Positions 1 to 8,507 of a DNA stretch of 40,038 nt are shown one piece after another. The DNA is from a bacterium (GTDB taxonomy: Bacteria > Desulfobacterota > Binatia > UBA1149 > CAITLU01), in NCBI GenBank assembly GCA_003354045.1, contig PIVZ01000003.1:1-40038 (forward strand), read 5' to 3'. The position numbers and the translations under genes are program-made. The notes under the pieces were generated by a model. The model worked only from the letters and a program-made list of their open reading frames with translations. It searched no databases and was not told where the DNA came from. Positions within the stretch are counted from its first letter, which is position 1, and each line of letters opens with the position of its first letter.

Positions 1-165
1 AGGCGTACTCGGCGTCGGACTCGGCGGCGTACTCGGCGTCGGACTCGGCGGCGTCCTCGGCGGCGCACTCGGCGTACTCGGCGCGCTTGGCGGCGGACTT
101 GGCGTCGGACTCGGCGGCGCGCTCGGCGCGCTTGGCGGCGTACTCGGCGGCGCACTCGGCGCGCT
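1..165 (+). repeat. Terminal overlap, left copy (9/12-nt GC-rich coding repeat); indicates a circular/complete assembly
   Basis: 1-38 is identical to 39886-39923 and 67-165 is identical to 39940-40038 (99 bp). The internal segment differs and is 12 nt longer here. Confidence 0.9.
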
Positions 166-272
166 CGGCGGCTGACTCGGCGGCGTACTCGGCGCGCTCG
201 GCGGCGGACTTGGCGGCGCGCCAATGGCAAACTACCCGCCTCTTCGAGTACCTCGACGGCACACGGTCGTGA
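1..272 (+). CDS. 3' part of the junction-spanning Imm5-like/Ala-Ser-repeat protein (starts at 39477)
   Basis: In frame with the ORF from 39477 (..EATREQAYSASDSAAYS..); ends AARQWQTTRLFEYLDGTRS*. Confidence 0.8.
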   Translation, partial: AYSASDSAAYSASDSAASSAAHSAYSARLAADLASDSAARSARLAAYSAAHSARSAADSAAYSARSAADLAARQWQTTRLFEYLDGTRS

Positions 273-481
273 AGCGAACCGAATTCATCCCGCGCGAAGG
301 CGAACGCTCACCCCCGCGAGTGGGTCGGAGCGGTGGCAGACACCCGTTGCTGTCCCGCGACGACGACCGGCCCGCTCGCATTCGGAACTGGTTCACATGG
401 CTCTTCACCGATGGTCGGGGGAGGGGAGGCGGCATCAGTGGGCTGGGAGAGGCTGCTGATGCCGCTGTGGAGGACGAATGA
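269..481 (+). CDS. Hypothetical protein
   Basis: GTGA overlap with the upstream stop; ATGA overlap with the next gene. Confidence 0.5.
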   Translation: MKRTEFIPREGERSPPRVGRSGGRHPLLSRDDDRPARIRNWFTWLFTDGRGRGGGISGLGEAADAAVEDE

Positions 482-1308
482 AGGCACCTGAGTACGACGA
501 TGAGAAGGTTGCGCTGTCACCCAGCACGGGCGAAACGCTGATCGAAGAGTCACCGCTGCACGCCCACACGTTTCACCGGCTTCTCGGCGGCAAGCGGCGC
601 AAGGGCACGGGGGCGACTGACCTGGGCACACTATTCCACGCGCTGCTGCTCGAAGACGGCAAGGGTGTCGAGGTCATCGACGCGGACGCATTCCGGTCGA
701 ACGACGCAAAGGCCGCGCGGGATCTCGCTATCTCCAAAGGCCTCGTACCTGTCGTCAAGCCGAAGTACGAGGCCGCGCTCCCGGTCGTGGAGCGGATTCG
801 CGAGAACATGGCGAAGGCGGGGTTTCCGCAAGCGAGTGGCGCGTCTGAGGTCAAGGTGGAGTGGAAGGAAGCCGCCGAACCGCGCGATGTCGTCTGCCAC
901 GCACGCATTGACTGGCTGAGCGACGACTGGACACGGATCGTCGATCTCAAGACGACCGAGGGCAGCGTCCACCCGGATGCCTGCACGGCGAGCCTGTTCC
1001 GCTATGGCGGCGCGATGCAGGATGCCGCCTATCGCAGTGCCGTGACGACGCTCCATCCGGAACTTGCGGGTCGCGTGTCGTTCACGTTCTGGTTCGTCGA
1101 ACTGCGCGAGCCCTACGCGGTCACACCGATGGAAGCTGCGGGCTGTATGCGCGAGTTCGGCGAGTCGCGTTGGCAGCGGGCGATTGCGCTGTGGTCGCGT
1201 TGTCTGGAGAACGATGAGTGGCCCGGCTACGCGACATCCGGCCGACCGAACCCCGCCTATGTCCCCGCGTGGGCAATGGCGAAGGAAACGATGGAGGACG
1301 CAGCTTGA
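478..1308 (+). CDS. PD-(D/E)XK exonuclease, RecE/exonuclease VIII-like
   Basis: Motifs LGTLFHALLLE, E-VKVEW, HARIDWL, IVDLKTT, MQDAAY; GGAGG RBS. Confidence 0.85.
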   Translation: MKAPEYDDEKVALSPSTGETLIEESPLHAHTFHRLLGGKRRKGTGATDLGTLFHALLLEDGKGVEVIDADAFRSNDAKAARDLAISKGLVPVVKPKYEAALPVVERIRENMAKAGFPQASGASEVKVEWKEAAEPRDVVCHARIDWLSDDWTRIVDLKTTEGSVHPDACTASLFRYGGAMQDAAYRSAVTTLHPELAGRVSFTFWFVELREPYAVTPMEAAGCMREFGESRWQRAIALWSRCLENDEWPGYATSGRPNPAYVPAWAMAKETMEDAA

Positions 1309-2231
1309 CCGACCGAACCTTCGACGCGAAACCCGCCACCCGAGAGCGCGTGCCGCTTCTCGTCGGACTCATGGGTCCGTCGGGCTGCGGGAAGACGATG
1401 AGCGCACTGCGCCTAGCGACCGGAATGCAGCGCGTCACCGACGGGGAAATCTACGTCATCGACACGGAGAGCCGCCGGGCGCTGCACTACGCGGACGACT
1501 TCGAGTTCCAGCACGTCCAGTTCGACGCGCCCTTCAGCCCGCTCGACTACCTCGCCGCCATCGAATTCTGCGTGTCGAAGGGCGCGAAGATCATCGTCGT
1601 GGACTCACTATCGCACGAACACGAAGGGCCGGGCGGCGTGCTGGAGTGGCATGACAAGGAGATGGGCGGCGACTTCAAGAAGTCGATGATCGCATGGCAG
1701 AAGCCCAAGGCGGCGCGACGGCGACTCATCAACAATGTTCTTCAGCTTGGCGTCAACGCGATCTGCTGCTTCCGCGCCAAGGAGAAGATGAAGATCATCC
1801 CCAAGAAGGAGCCCGTTCCGCTGGGCTGGATGCCAATTGCGGGCGAGGAGTTCCTGTACGAGCAAACCGTCAACTGCCTGCTCTACCCCGCGAGTGGCGG
1901 CGTGCCGACATGGAAGTCCGACGAGATCGGCGAGCGGGCGATGATGAAGTGCCCGCGCCAGTTCAACCACATCTTCGCGGATAGCCAACCACTCTCCGAA
2001 GACATCGGCCAACAGCTCGCCGAGTGGGCAGAGGGGTCGTCGGACGCGCCAAGCGAAGCGGAATTCGAGGCGCTGAAAGCCGCACTCGACCACGCCGAAT
2101 CAATCGCCGCGCTGGACTGCCTGTTGGCTGAGAACAGGTCGCTCCCGTGGACACCGAGCCAGCGCGAATTGATCCGCGAGGCATACACGAACCGGAAGGC
2201 CGAGTTGGCCGAGGAGCCCGCCGATGCCTGA
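1305..2231 (+). CDS. Sak4-like P-loop ATPase (single-strand annealing recombinase)
   Basis: Walker A GPSGCGKT, VIDTE, Walker B IVVDSLSHEHEG, CFRAK; TTG start after GGAGG, coupled to the exonuclease gene. Confidence 0.8.
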   Translation: MTDRTFDAKPATRERVPLLVGLMGPSGCGKTMSALRLATGMQRVTDGEIYVIDTESRRALHYADDFEFQHVQFDAPFSPLDYLAAIEFCVSKGAKIIVVDSLSHEHEGPGGVLEWHDKEMGGDFKKSMIAWQKPKAARRRLINNVLQLGVNAICCFRAKEKMKIIPKKEPVPLGWMPIAGEEFLYEQTVNCLLYPASGGVPTWKSDEIGERAMMKCPRQFNHIFADSQPLSEDIGQQLAEWAEGSSDAPSEAEFEALKAALDHAESIAALDCLLAENRSLPWTPSQRELIREAYTNRKAELAEEPADA

Positions 2232-2436
2232 GCCGAAGCCGAGTAATCCGTGCGTTATCAACAACGGCGGGACATCCAATGAGGATATCCACTTGCGCGA
2301 CCTCTTCGCGGCGGCGGCGCTGGCGGGGTACTGCGCGAACAGCGAATACGCAGAGTCACCCGAAACCGACCGGGCTACGTGGTCGTACATGGATGCCGAC
2401 GCCATGCTCGCCGAGCGCGAGAAGGAGAGCCGATGA
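2224..2436 (+). CDS. Small conserved phage protein (LRDLFAAAAL...ADAMLAER type)
   Basis: Motif common in phage early regions; AGGAG RBS. Confidence 0.75.
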   Translation: MPEPKPSNPCVINNGGTSNEDIHLRDLFAAAALAGYCANSEYAESPETDRATWSYMDADAMLAEREKESR

Positions 2437-2627
2437 GCTGCGAAGGCTGCATGTACTGGTCGGAAATGGTCGCTGCGTGCGACGGTGGCGGTCCGGTCAA
2501 GGCACTGTGTATGCACGAAAGCACGAGGGGTTGGTCTTACGATAATCGCATGACATATCAGGGCTGCGCGGAAAAAGAGCCCGGCATCCCGCTTGACATG
2601 CCCGCATGGAGGAGAGCCGATGAGTAG
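2433..2627 (+). CDS. Small Cys-rich protein (CxxC)
   Basis: MSCEGCMYW...; AGGAG RBS; ATGA coupling. Confidence 0.65.
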   Translation: MSCEGCMYWSEMVAACDGGGPVKALCMHESTRGWSYDNRMTYQGCAEKEPGIPLDMPAWRRADE

Positions 2628-3015
2628 CGTTACTGACGAAGTGTTCGGCGAGATATACGCAGCCTGCAAGCGTAAGGTGTCGAAGGACGTGCGGGAAGAA
2701 CTCCGCAGCCTGCGCGCAAAAGCCAAGAGACTCGAAAGGGTGGAAGCCGAGAACGCGAAGCTGCGCAAGGTGGCCGACGGAGCCGCGGGGGCAGCCAAGA
2801 ATGAACTCGACGCCGGTCGCAAGGCGCTCGCCAAAGATCGTGAGCATGTACGGAATGCGGCGCGAAAGGTGGCGCGTGCCGCTGCCGCTGTCGAGAAGCT
2901 AAAGAAGCTCAGCTTCTCGGCATTCATACACGAGCCCGATGTCTACTGGCAGACCGCCCGCAGCGCACGCCTTGGGATGGCAGCGGTGCGCAGGATGGTG
3001 AGGGTGAAGAAATGA
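2620..3015 (+). CDS. Basic coiled-coil hypothetical protein
   Basis: GGAGGAG RBS; helical heptad character. Confidence 0.65.
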   Translation: MSSVTDEVFGEIYAACKRKVSKDVREELRSLRAKAKRLERVEAENAKLRKVADGAAGAAKNELDAGRKALAKDREHVRNAARKVARAAAAVEKLKKLSFSAFIHEPDVYWQTARSARLGMAAVRRMVRVKK

Positions 3016-3401
3016 CCGACGACGCGCGGGCTGCGGCTGAGGCGATACAAAGGTTTCTTGATGATGACGTACTGCTACCAGAGGATGCTGAAGTTCTCAC
3101 CGAACCCATCCAGCGCCTCGCAATCGACCCCGCCGTCGAGGCTGCGCGGCGGGAGGACAAGGATGTAATGCTGGAAATGCGCAAGGCGCTGGAGTTGATG
3201 GAAAGCCTATTTGCAGCGCAACCACCACTCGCCGTGCCAGCTGCGCCCACTATGAAACACGAGAGCGGACTTGTTCCTGTCATGCAGGCGCGAAATAAAG
3301 TTCGCGCCGTGCTCCACGTTGGCACCCGCTCTCTCGAAGACCTGTTCATCGAACACGCGCATGAAGGTGATGGAGGGGGCGACGATGGCGAGGCTCTTTA
3401 G
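3012..3401 (+). CDS. Hypothetical protein
   Basis: ATGA coupling within the operon. Confidence 0.6.
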   Translation: MTDDARAAAEAIQRFLDDDVLLPEDAEVLTEPIQRLAIDPAVEAARREDKDVMLEMRKALELMESLFAAQPPLAVPAAPTMKHESGLVPVMQARNKVRAVLHVGTRSLEDLFIEHAHEGDGGGDDGEAL

Positions 3402-3909
3402 ACATCATTCAGAGCTGACCGATGGCGTTGGCAGGTGTTCTGTTCCGGCATGGAGCGGTGGTTGCCCCGCTGGCTTCTGCGACGAGGACGCTTACGGGAA
3501 GCACGAAGGTCGCACGCCCAGCTACGACGGCTACGTGCCAGCCCTTGCGTGTTACCGGCACGGCGGTCCCAAGGAGAATCAAGCCAAGAAAGAGACAAGC
3601 GAAACAGTCCACGTCGTATTCGACGGCCCGCCGGGTCCGGTTGCTGGTCGATTCGTCGAACTGGAGACGCCCGAAGGTGTCGGCCTGAGTCGCGGCAAGT
3701 GGGTAGACCGTGGCGACGGCATGTGGGCGCTGGAGTTGGAACTTGCTGTCGCCCCTGCCGTCGAGGCTGCCCGCCGCGAGGGGGCGGAGGCGATGCGGGA
3801 GGCGGCGGCTGAGCAGGCATCCGATTTCATCTTCAACGAGGAGGCAGTAGCCGCAATCCGCGCCCTCCCCCTCCCCGCCGGAAGGAGCGAAGACGATGCC
3901 GAGGGTTAG
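3385..3909 (+). CDS. Modular hypothetical protein (Cys/His module + VVFDGPPGP..GRFVE module)
   Basis: GGAGG RBS before ATG 3385; recognisable small phage modules. Confidence 0.65.
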   Translation: MARLFRHHSELTDGVGRCSVPAWSGGCPAGFCDEDAYGKHEGRTPSYDGYVPALACYRHGGPKENQAKKETSETVHVVFDGPPGPVAGRFVELETPEGVGLSRGKWVDRGDGMWALELELAVAPAVEAARREGAEAMREAAAEQASDFIFNEEAVAAIRALPLPAGRSEDDAEG

Positions 3910-4441
3910 CGACGAGTTGTTGAGGCGAGAAGTCGGGCGATATAGTGGGTCGCTACATTCAGACCTCGCCCTCGACCTCCAGGACGCCCGCCGCGAACTC
4001 GCCGAGATTCAGGGGGCCGTTGCGTATGCACACGGCAGACTTGAACGGTATGCACACGGCAGACTTGAACGAGAAGCCGCCTGCCCGCAACCAGAGCACA
4101 TGGCTGATAGCCTTCGGATGCTCGCAGACGAGAGGGCCGCGTGGATCGAGGTTGCGATCGAGCACAATCAACAGTGCGCACAATTGAACCCCACATCGAA
4201 ACCCAGACACCCCCAGCAGGAAGCATGTTCGGAGTGCCGCACTCATCACCCCAATGGCTGGGCCTGTCCAAAACTCCTTGCTGCAACGGAACGCGAACTC
4301 GCCGAGGCTCTGGAAAAGATCGTTCTGCTTAACCGTTTCTGCGAAGCGGCTGGAGCAGAAGCTTACGCGATGGAGAACGGCATGGAGTCCGTAGGGCAGG
4401 CGTGTGCGTTCTTGATCTCAGACGCCGAGGCCAAGCCATGA
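3896..4441 (+). CDS. Hypothetical protein with CxxC/HH..C module and 8-aa tandem duplication
   Basis: AGGAG RBS; YAHGRLER occurs twice. Confidence 0.6.
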   Translation: MPRVSDELLRREVGRYSGSLHSDLALDLQDARRELAEIQGAVAYAHGRLERYAHGRLEREAACPQPEHMADSLRMLADERAAWIEVAIEHNQQCAQLNPTSKPRHPQQEACSECRTHHPNGWACPKLLAATERELAEALEKIVLLNRFCEAAGAEAYAMENGMESVGQACAFLISDAEAKP

Positions 4442-4737
4442 AGGACACACTCAAAGAAATCGGCGCGCAGATAGCCCACCTGCTGCTGTGCATGTTGGTA
4501 CTCGCCCCCGTCGTCTTCATGCCCGGCGCGTGGCGAATTCTCGGTGGAGCCATGAGTGGATACCTCGTCGGCTTCATTCGCGAGGACGCGCAGCATCGCA
4601 CGCCGGACCAGACGCCGGAAGGCTGGGGATGGTGGCTCAAGGGGCTGAACACGTACAGCGGCAGGCACAGGGACATGACGGCGTTTGCGCTGGGTGGGCT
4701 GATCGACGGGGCGCTTTATTGGAGGTTCTTGGGATGA
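4438..4737 (+). CDS. Small integral membrane protein
   Basis: MKDTLKEIG...; 2-3 hydrophobic segments; ATGA coupling at both ends. Confidence 0.65.
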   Translation: MKDTLKEIGAQIAHLLLCMLVLAPVVFMPGAWRILGGAMSGYLVGFIREDAQHRTPDQTPEGWGWWLKGLNTYSGRHRDMTAFALGGLIDGALYWRFLG

Positions 4738-5462
4738 AACTCGCCCTCGCCCTCATCACCGCCACGCTGCTTGCAGCGCCCACCGCCAACGCGAAGAACT
4801 GGCGTCACCGGCAGGTCGATCACGACGCCACGAAGCGAGTGCTGCTGATTGGGGACTCGATCACAGTGGGACAGGGCGCAAGCAACCGTAACCGAACATC
4901 GTATGCCGCCATATTGCGAAACAAACTACCGTCGCTAGAAATTGTCAACGCTGGTTGCGGCGGTGCCACCAGCGCAGACATCGTGCGGCAAACGCCAGGC
5001 CCGGCATGGGCATGTTCGATGCACGGAACTCTTTGGCCGTCGAAGATTGCTCCTGAGTTGCCGGCTGACGTGGTGATTATCGCCGTTGGATCTAACGACG
5101 TATGGGGTGCGTGGGAAGACGCGCTAATCGAACCAGAGGTCTACGAGGAGAATCTTCGCACGACGATAGGGATGCTCGACGGCGGTCCGGTGATCTTGCT
5201 CACGCCGCCGAAGTGGAAGGGCGCTCGCAGTTCCGTTGTGCTTGACGAACGACTCAGGGCGTACCGCGAGGCCATCTATCGCATTGCTTCAGACACGCTC
5301 TGGGTAGAAGTGGTCGATGTCTATGCGCTGCTGGAACCCGAGGACTTCGAGTGGATCTGGTGGCGAGCGTGGGGGCGCGGTGTCCATCCAAACGACAGCG
5401 GTCATGCGAAGATCGCGGCTGCACTGAATCGCGTCATATCGGCGCTTTTCTCAAAGCGATGA
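4734..5462 (+). CDS. Secreted SGNH/GDSL hydrolase
   Basis: Signal peptide MKLALALITATLLAAPTANA; blocks GDSIT, NAGCGG, GSND, RGVHPN. Confidence 0.85.
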   Translation: MKLALALITATLLAAPTANAKNWRHRQVDHDATKRVLLIGDSITVGQGASNRNRTSYAAILRNKLPSLEIVNAGCGGATSADIVRQTPGPAWACSMHGTLWPSKIAPELPADVVIIAVGSNDVWGAWEDALIEPEVYEENLRTTIGMLDGGPVILLTPPKWKGARSSVVLDERLRAYREAIYRIASDTLWVEVVDVYALLEPEDFEWIWWRAWGRGVHPNDSGHAKIAAALNRVISALFSKR

Positions 5463-5602
5463 AGCTCGCCCTCGCTCTCCTGCTCCTCGGCTGCTCGCCG
5501 CCATCGTTGCCGTTTGGTGATGTCGCGGTCTGCACCAGCCGCTGCACAATGGACCCAGCGGTGCTGGAGGAGTGCCGGTGCGAGTGCCGGTGGGCTGACT
5601 AG
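5459..5602 (+). CDS. Small Cys-rich putative lipoprotein
   Basis: MKLALALLLLGC lipobox plus 5 further Cys; stop overlaps the convergent minus-strand stop (CTAG). Confidence 0.55.
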   Translation: MKLALALLLLGCSPPSLPFGDVAVCTSRCTMDPAVLEECRCECRWAD

Positions 5603-5895
5603 CGAATGTCATGGAACGGCGGCAGGGCTGAGCAGACACCATCCTCAAGGTACGCGAGCCGCTCCCAGATCATTACGTTCTGCGTCGGCAGACCAGCCTC
5701 GTCCGGCCTGAACGCAATAGCGTAGGCAGCCGCATACTCGTCGGTCATGTCGCCGCGCGAGTCGAACCAGCGATCCTTCTCGCAGTCAGTCGTCCCGAGT
5801 CTTCCGCTTTGACAGCCAACGCTGGTAAGAGCCACGCACGCCACCGCGAGCAGACCAAGCAGATTGCGCCTTGTTGGATTCTTGCTGATCTTCAA
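5599..5895 (-). CDS. Putative o-spanin (Rz1-like lipoprotein)
   Basis: TTG start 6 nt after GGAGG; MKISKNPTRRNLLGLLAVACVALTSVG-C lipobox; overlaps the upstream TM gene at the end of the lysis cassette. Confidence 0.6.
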   Translation of the reverse strand: MKISKNPTRRNLLGLLAVACVALTSVGCQSGRLGTTDCEKDRWFDSRGDMTDEYAAAYAIAFRPDEAGLPTQNVMIWERLAYLEDGVCSALPPFHDIR

Positions 5896-6010
5896 GCTGA
5901 TCCTCCGCGTGCTTCTTGTCGGCCTTGTCGCTGCCGAGGCTGACGAGGTAGATGCCGAACCCAACGACCACCACTAGGATGCCAAGGAACAGCCCGAGTT
6001 CCGGGGTCAT
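5786..6010 (-). CDS. Putative i-spanin (Rz-like)
   Basis: N-terminal TM (GLFLGILVVVVGFGIYLVSL) then a charged helical region; overlapped by the lipoprotein gene. Confidence 0.55.
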   Translation of the reverse strand: MTPELGLFLGILVVVVGFGIYLVSLGSDKADKKHAEDQLEDQQESNKAQSAWSARGGVRGSYQRWLSKRKTRDD

Positions 6011-6204
6011 CCGTTCTTCGACTTGCCGGTGTTCCGAGCGAGCCAGTTGATTGCGTCGAGCGCCTTCTGCGTCCACACATCATCTGCCGTATTCGGCGTG
6101 AGCGTTGCGAGTTGTGCGAATGCTCCGACAATCGCCAAGAGCGACATCAGAATGAGCCCCGCGTTTTCCATGATGAACGAGCCTGCCGCGATGAGTGCTT
6201 CCAT
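6007..6204 (-). CDS. Putative holin/small membrane protein
   Basis: Hydrophobic N half followed by a TPNTADD motif and basic tail; in the lysis cassette. Confidence 0.6.
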   Translation of the reverse strand: MEALIAAGSFIMENAGLILMSLLAIVGAFAQLATLTPNTADDVWTQKALDAINWLARNTGKSKNG

Positions 6205-6213
6205 GCTGTTCTC

Positions 6214-6462
6214 CTAGCTGTTCAGGGTGAATGTCGTAGTGGTGGGATTGGACACTTCGCCACATGTCCAGAACGGCTGCACGGTCGTCGTGCTGGGTGT
6301 CACCCACCAAGGGTTGACCCAAGTCGGAGACTGGTAAATCGCGGTTGGCTGCACTTCTTTGAGTTTCTCTTGGATGCGCTTCCACTGCTTCTCGCTCGGA
6401 GCGCCCTTCATGGACTCTGTGAATCCGTCGAGCCACGCTTTGAATTCTTCGATTGTGTCCAT
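6214..6462 (-). CDS. Hypothetical protein inserted in the lysis cassette (FxxWLDGF..QW..I motif)
   Basis: AGGAG RBS; flanked by a 17-bp direct repeat. Confidence 0.7.
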   Translation of the reverse strand: MDTIEEFKAWLDGFTESMKGAPSEKQWKRIQEKLKEVQPTAIYQSPTWVNPWWVTPSTTTVQPFWTCGEVSNPTTTTFTLNS

Positions 6463-6471
6463 GCTGTTCTC

Positions 6472-6969
6472 CTATTTCTGAAACGCTTCCGTGAGGTGCA
6501 TCAGCCGCCGCATCCAGCCCTTGAGAAATACCAGAGATGCCGGGCGACGGCGAACGATCCGAATGAAGTTGCTGAGCCGCTGATCGGTGACGTGCTTGGC
6601 GATGGACGTAGGGTGGGATCTCCCGAGAGCACGCATCGTCTTAGGGCCGAACTTGCCGTCTGGGGTCGCCCCAATCGACCGCTGTAGCGCCTTCGTTGCC
6701 ACCTTGGTCCCTGAGTTCACGGCGTAGTCGAATACGGCGAGAGAGGCCGGATACGCGATGCGGTCACAGCGGCACGGAATCCAGTAGTCCTTCTCGTAAA
6801 TCGCTTCTGCTTCGGCGAGCGTCAGATTGGGAATGTCCACGTCCTTGTGCGCTCGCTGCGAGATGCCGAAGTTGGTTCTGCCGCCGGGGTCCGACGGATG
6901 ATCGACGTACCCGCCTTCTCGGCTGATAACGAAGTCGATACAGCGCCGCCATGACGGTCCCATCGTCAA
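6472..6969 (-). CDS. Endolysin, glycoside hydrolase family 108 with peptidoglycan-binding domain
   Basis: EGGYVDHPSDPGGRTNFGIS, FDYAVNSG, DGKFGPKT, FLKGWMRR. Confidence 0.92.
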   Translation of the reverse strand: MTMGPSWRRCIDFVISREGGYVDHPSDPGGRTNFGISQRAHKDVDIPNLTLAEAEAIYEKDYWIPCRCDRIAYPASLAVFDYAVNSGTKVATKALQRSIGATPDGKFGPKTMRALGRSHPTSIAKHVTDQRLSNFIRIVRRRPASLVFLKGWMRRLMHLTEAFQK

Positions 6970-7193
6970 CTCACATCGTTGATGCGCTTGTGAAGGGTGT
7001 CATGGTCGTCCTTGTTTTCCTTCCTGAAATCCTTCATGTCTTTCTTGACATCACGAATTGTCTCGTTGATGAAGACGAATTCCTTCCGCGTTGCCGTGAA
7101 GAATGAGCTCGCACGCCAGAGCATCACCCCGACTGTTGCAAACGTCCCGAGCGTGCCAACGACAGCGCCCCACTCCCTCAGTAGCTCCAGCAC
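6966..7193 (-). CDS. Putative holin (single TM + coiled coil)
   Basis: Directly upstream of the endolysin; TM followed by a charged helix ending LHKRIND. Confidence 0.55.
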   Translation of the reverse strand: MLELLREWGAVVGTLGTFATVGVMLWRASSFFTATRKEFVFINETIRDVKKDMKDFRKENKDDHDTLHKRINDVS

Positions 7194-7196
7194 GCC

Positions 7197-7427
7197 CTAC
7201 TCCTCATCGCAGATGTCGCCAGTTAGCCGCCCGTCGTCGCACAGTTCCTTGCGGTACTCGTCCACCGCCTTCTCGTCCTCTTGCTTCTGAATCTCGACCT
7301 CGACGTATTGTTCGATGCGCGTGATTCGCTTTTCCTTGTCCGTGTGCCCGTCTTCGGCAACGGCAACCCAACCGCCAACGCCAACGCCGATCAGCAGAAT
7401 CCACCAGTAGTCTTTAAGGATGCTCAT
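7197..7427 (-). CDS. Membrane-anchored small protein
   Basis: MSILKDYWWILLIGVGVGGW TM; C-terminal Cys pair. Confidence 0.6.
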   Translation of the reverse strand: MSILKDYWWILLIGVGVGGWVAVAEDGHTDKEKRITRIEQYVEVEIQKQEDEKAVDEYRKELCDDGRLTGDICDEE

Positions 7428-7669
7428 CAGTCCCGATACCTCCGCTCGACGCCATAGATCCAATAGTTCAGTTCGTCTGTGTTGAGCGGCATCATGTACC
7501 CGCGCATCGCATCATTGGCGCTAAAGACTAGAACCCACCTATCCCCAGCGGGTCGGCTGTCGATGTAGGCGCACGTCGCAGGATCCGCACTGAAGGCGGC
7601 GCTTGTCCACGACGCCATGCTGCCAGAGGCAACATTCGCAATCAGAAGCAGCAGGAGCGGCAGTCTCAC
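7427..7669 (-). CDS. Short putative exported protein
   Basis: MRLPLLLLLIANVASG signal-like N-terminus; coupled at both ends. Confidence 0.55.
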   Translation of the reverse strand: MRLPLLLLLIANVASGSMASWTSAAFSADPATCAYIDSRPAGDRWVLVFSANDAMRGYMMPLNTDELNYWIYGVERRYRD

Positions 7670-8505
7670 GGGATGCTTCCTCCGCGCCAGTTGTCGAAGC
7701 GTATTGCAGTAAACGCGAAATTATCGAACACGCCGACGTGCCGACCGTTGGCTATGCAGGCAGACGACGGGGCGGTGTCCCACGTATCGTCGCAGCCAGC
7801 GGTACAAATTTCATAGGACACTTGGCTAGGGTCTGTCGCCCAATTGGCAAAGGCTACAGGCGCATCTGCACCGTCGAAATGCCATGCCGTCAGTTTGACA
7901 GTATCGTCACGTCCACCGTCAGACGAGATGCCAAGTCCGTCACCAACAACCGGAGTTGCGAAATCACCACCGGCGACGGTGAACGATTTGAGAATCGTGC
8001 ATGTACTTCCGGTGCAGGCCCGAAGACTGATCGTCGTATCCCCCTCGAAGTGGAACCCGTAGAAACATGAATTCGCGTCGTATCCCATGTCCCCGCGTAT
8101 GGCTGGACCGCCGAGCCTCAAATCAGAGAGACTGAATAGCGAGATGCCGGAATACTGTGCAAGGCTCGCCACGCCCGGTTGTGCGTACAAAACGCTCGTG
8201 GCATTCGAAAGCGGCGCGAACAGTGCGACACTACCGGCAGTTCTCCACGTCGCGTTCGGGCTCTTCCAGTCGCACCGCTCCATCGGGCCTTCGTCGGCGC
8301 AAGGCGTTCGCACGGCGGCGCGCGTGAACGAATCAACCCACTCATAGTATCCCGGTGCGCCGCGAGTTGCGCCGCCTTGGCGGTAGCCGCCCTGTGTGCC
8401 CTGTTCGAGCAGTTCACCTTGCGTGCCGCACGGAGCAGCAGCACAGTACGCACTCGCCGATGGAGCAAGCATCAGCAGTAGTGCCGCAATGCAAAGGAAT
8501 CGCAT
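7666..8505 (-). CDS. Exported Cys-rich beta-sandwich (lectin-like) protein
   Basis: Signal MRFLCIAALLLMLAPSASA; 10 Cys in the mature part; DSFTR...FDNWRGG ends resemble concanavalin-like folds. Confidence 0.7.
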   Translation of the reverse strand: MRFLCIAALLLMLAPSASAYCAAAPCGTQGELLEQGTQGGYRQGGATRGAPGYYEWVDSFTRAAVRTPCADEGPMERCDWKSPNATWRTAGSVALFAPLSNATSVLYAQPGVASLAQYSGISLFSLSDLRLGGPAIRGDMGYDANSCFYGFHFEGDTTISLRACTGSTCTILKSFTVAGGDFATPVVGDGLGISSDGGRDDTVKLTAWHFDGADAPVAFANWATDPSQVSYEICTAGCDDTWDTAPSSACIANGRHVGVFDNFAFTAIRFDNWRGGSIP

Positions 8506-8507
8506 AC

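Noticed and set aside
1-222. Repeats as a CRISPR or guide-RNA array
   Set aside because: Units are 9-12 nt, in frame, encode Ala/Ser repeats, have no unique spacers, and no cas-like gene is present.
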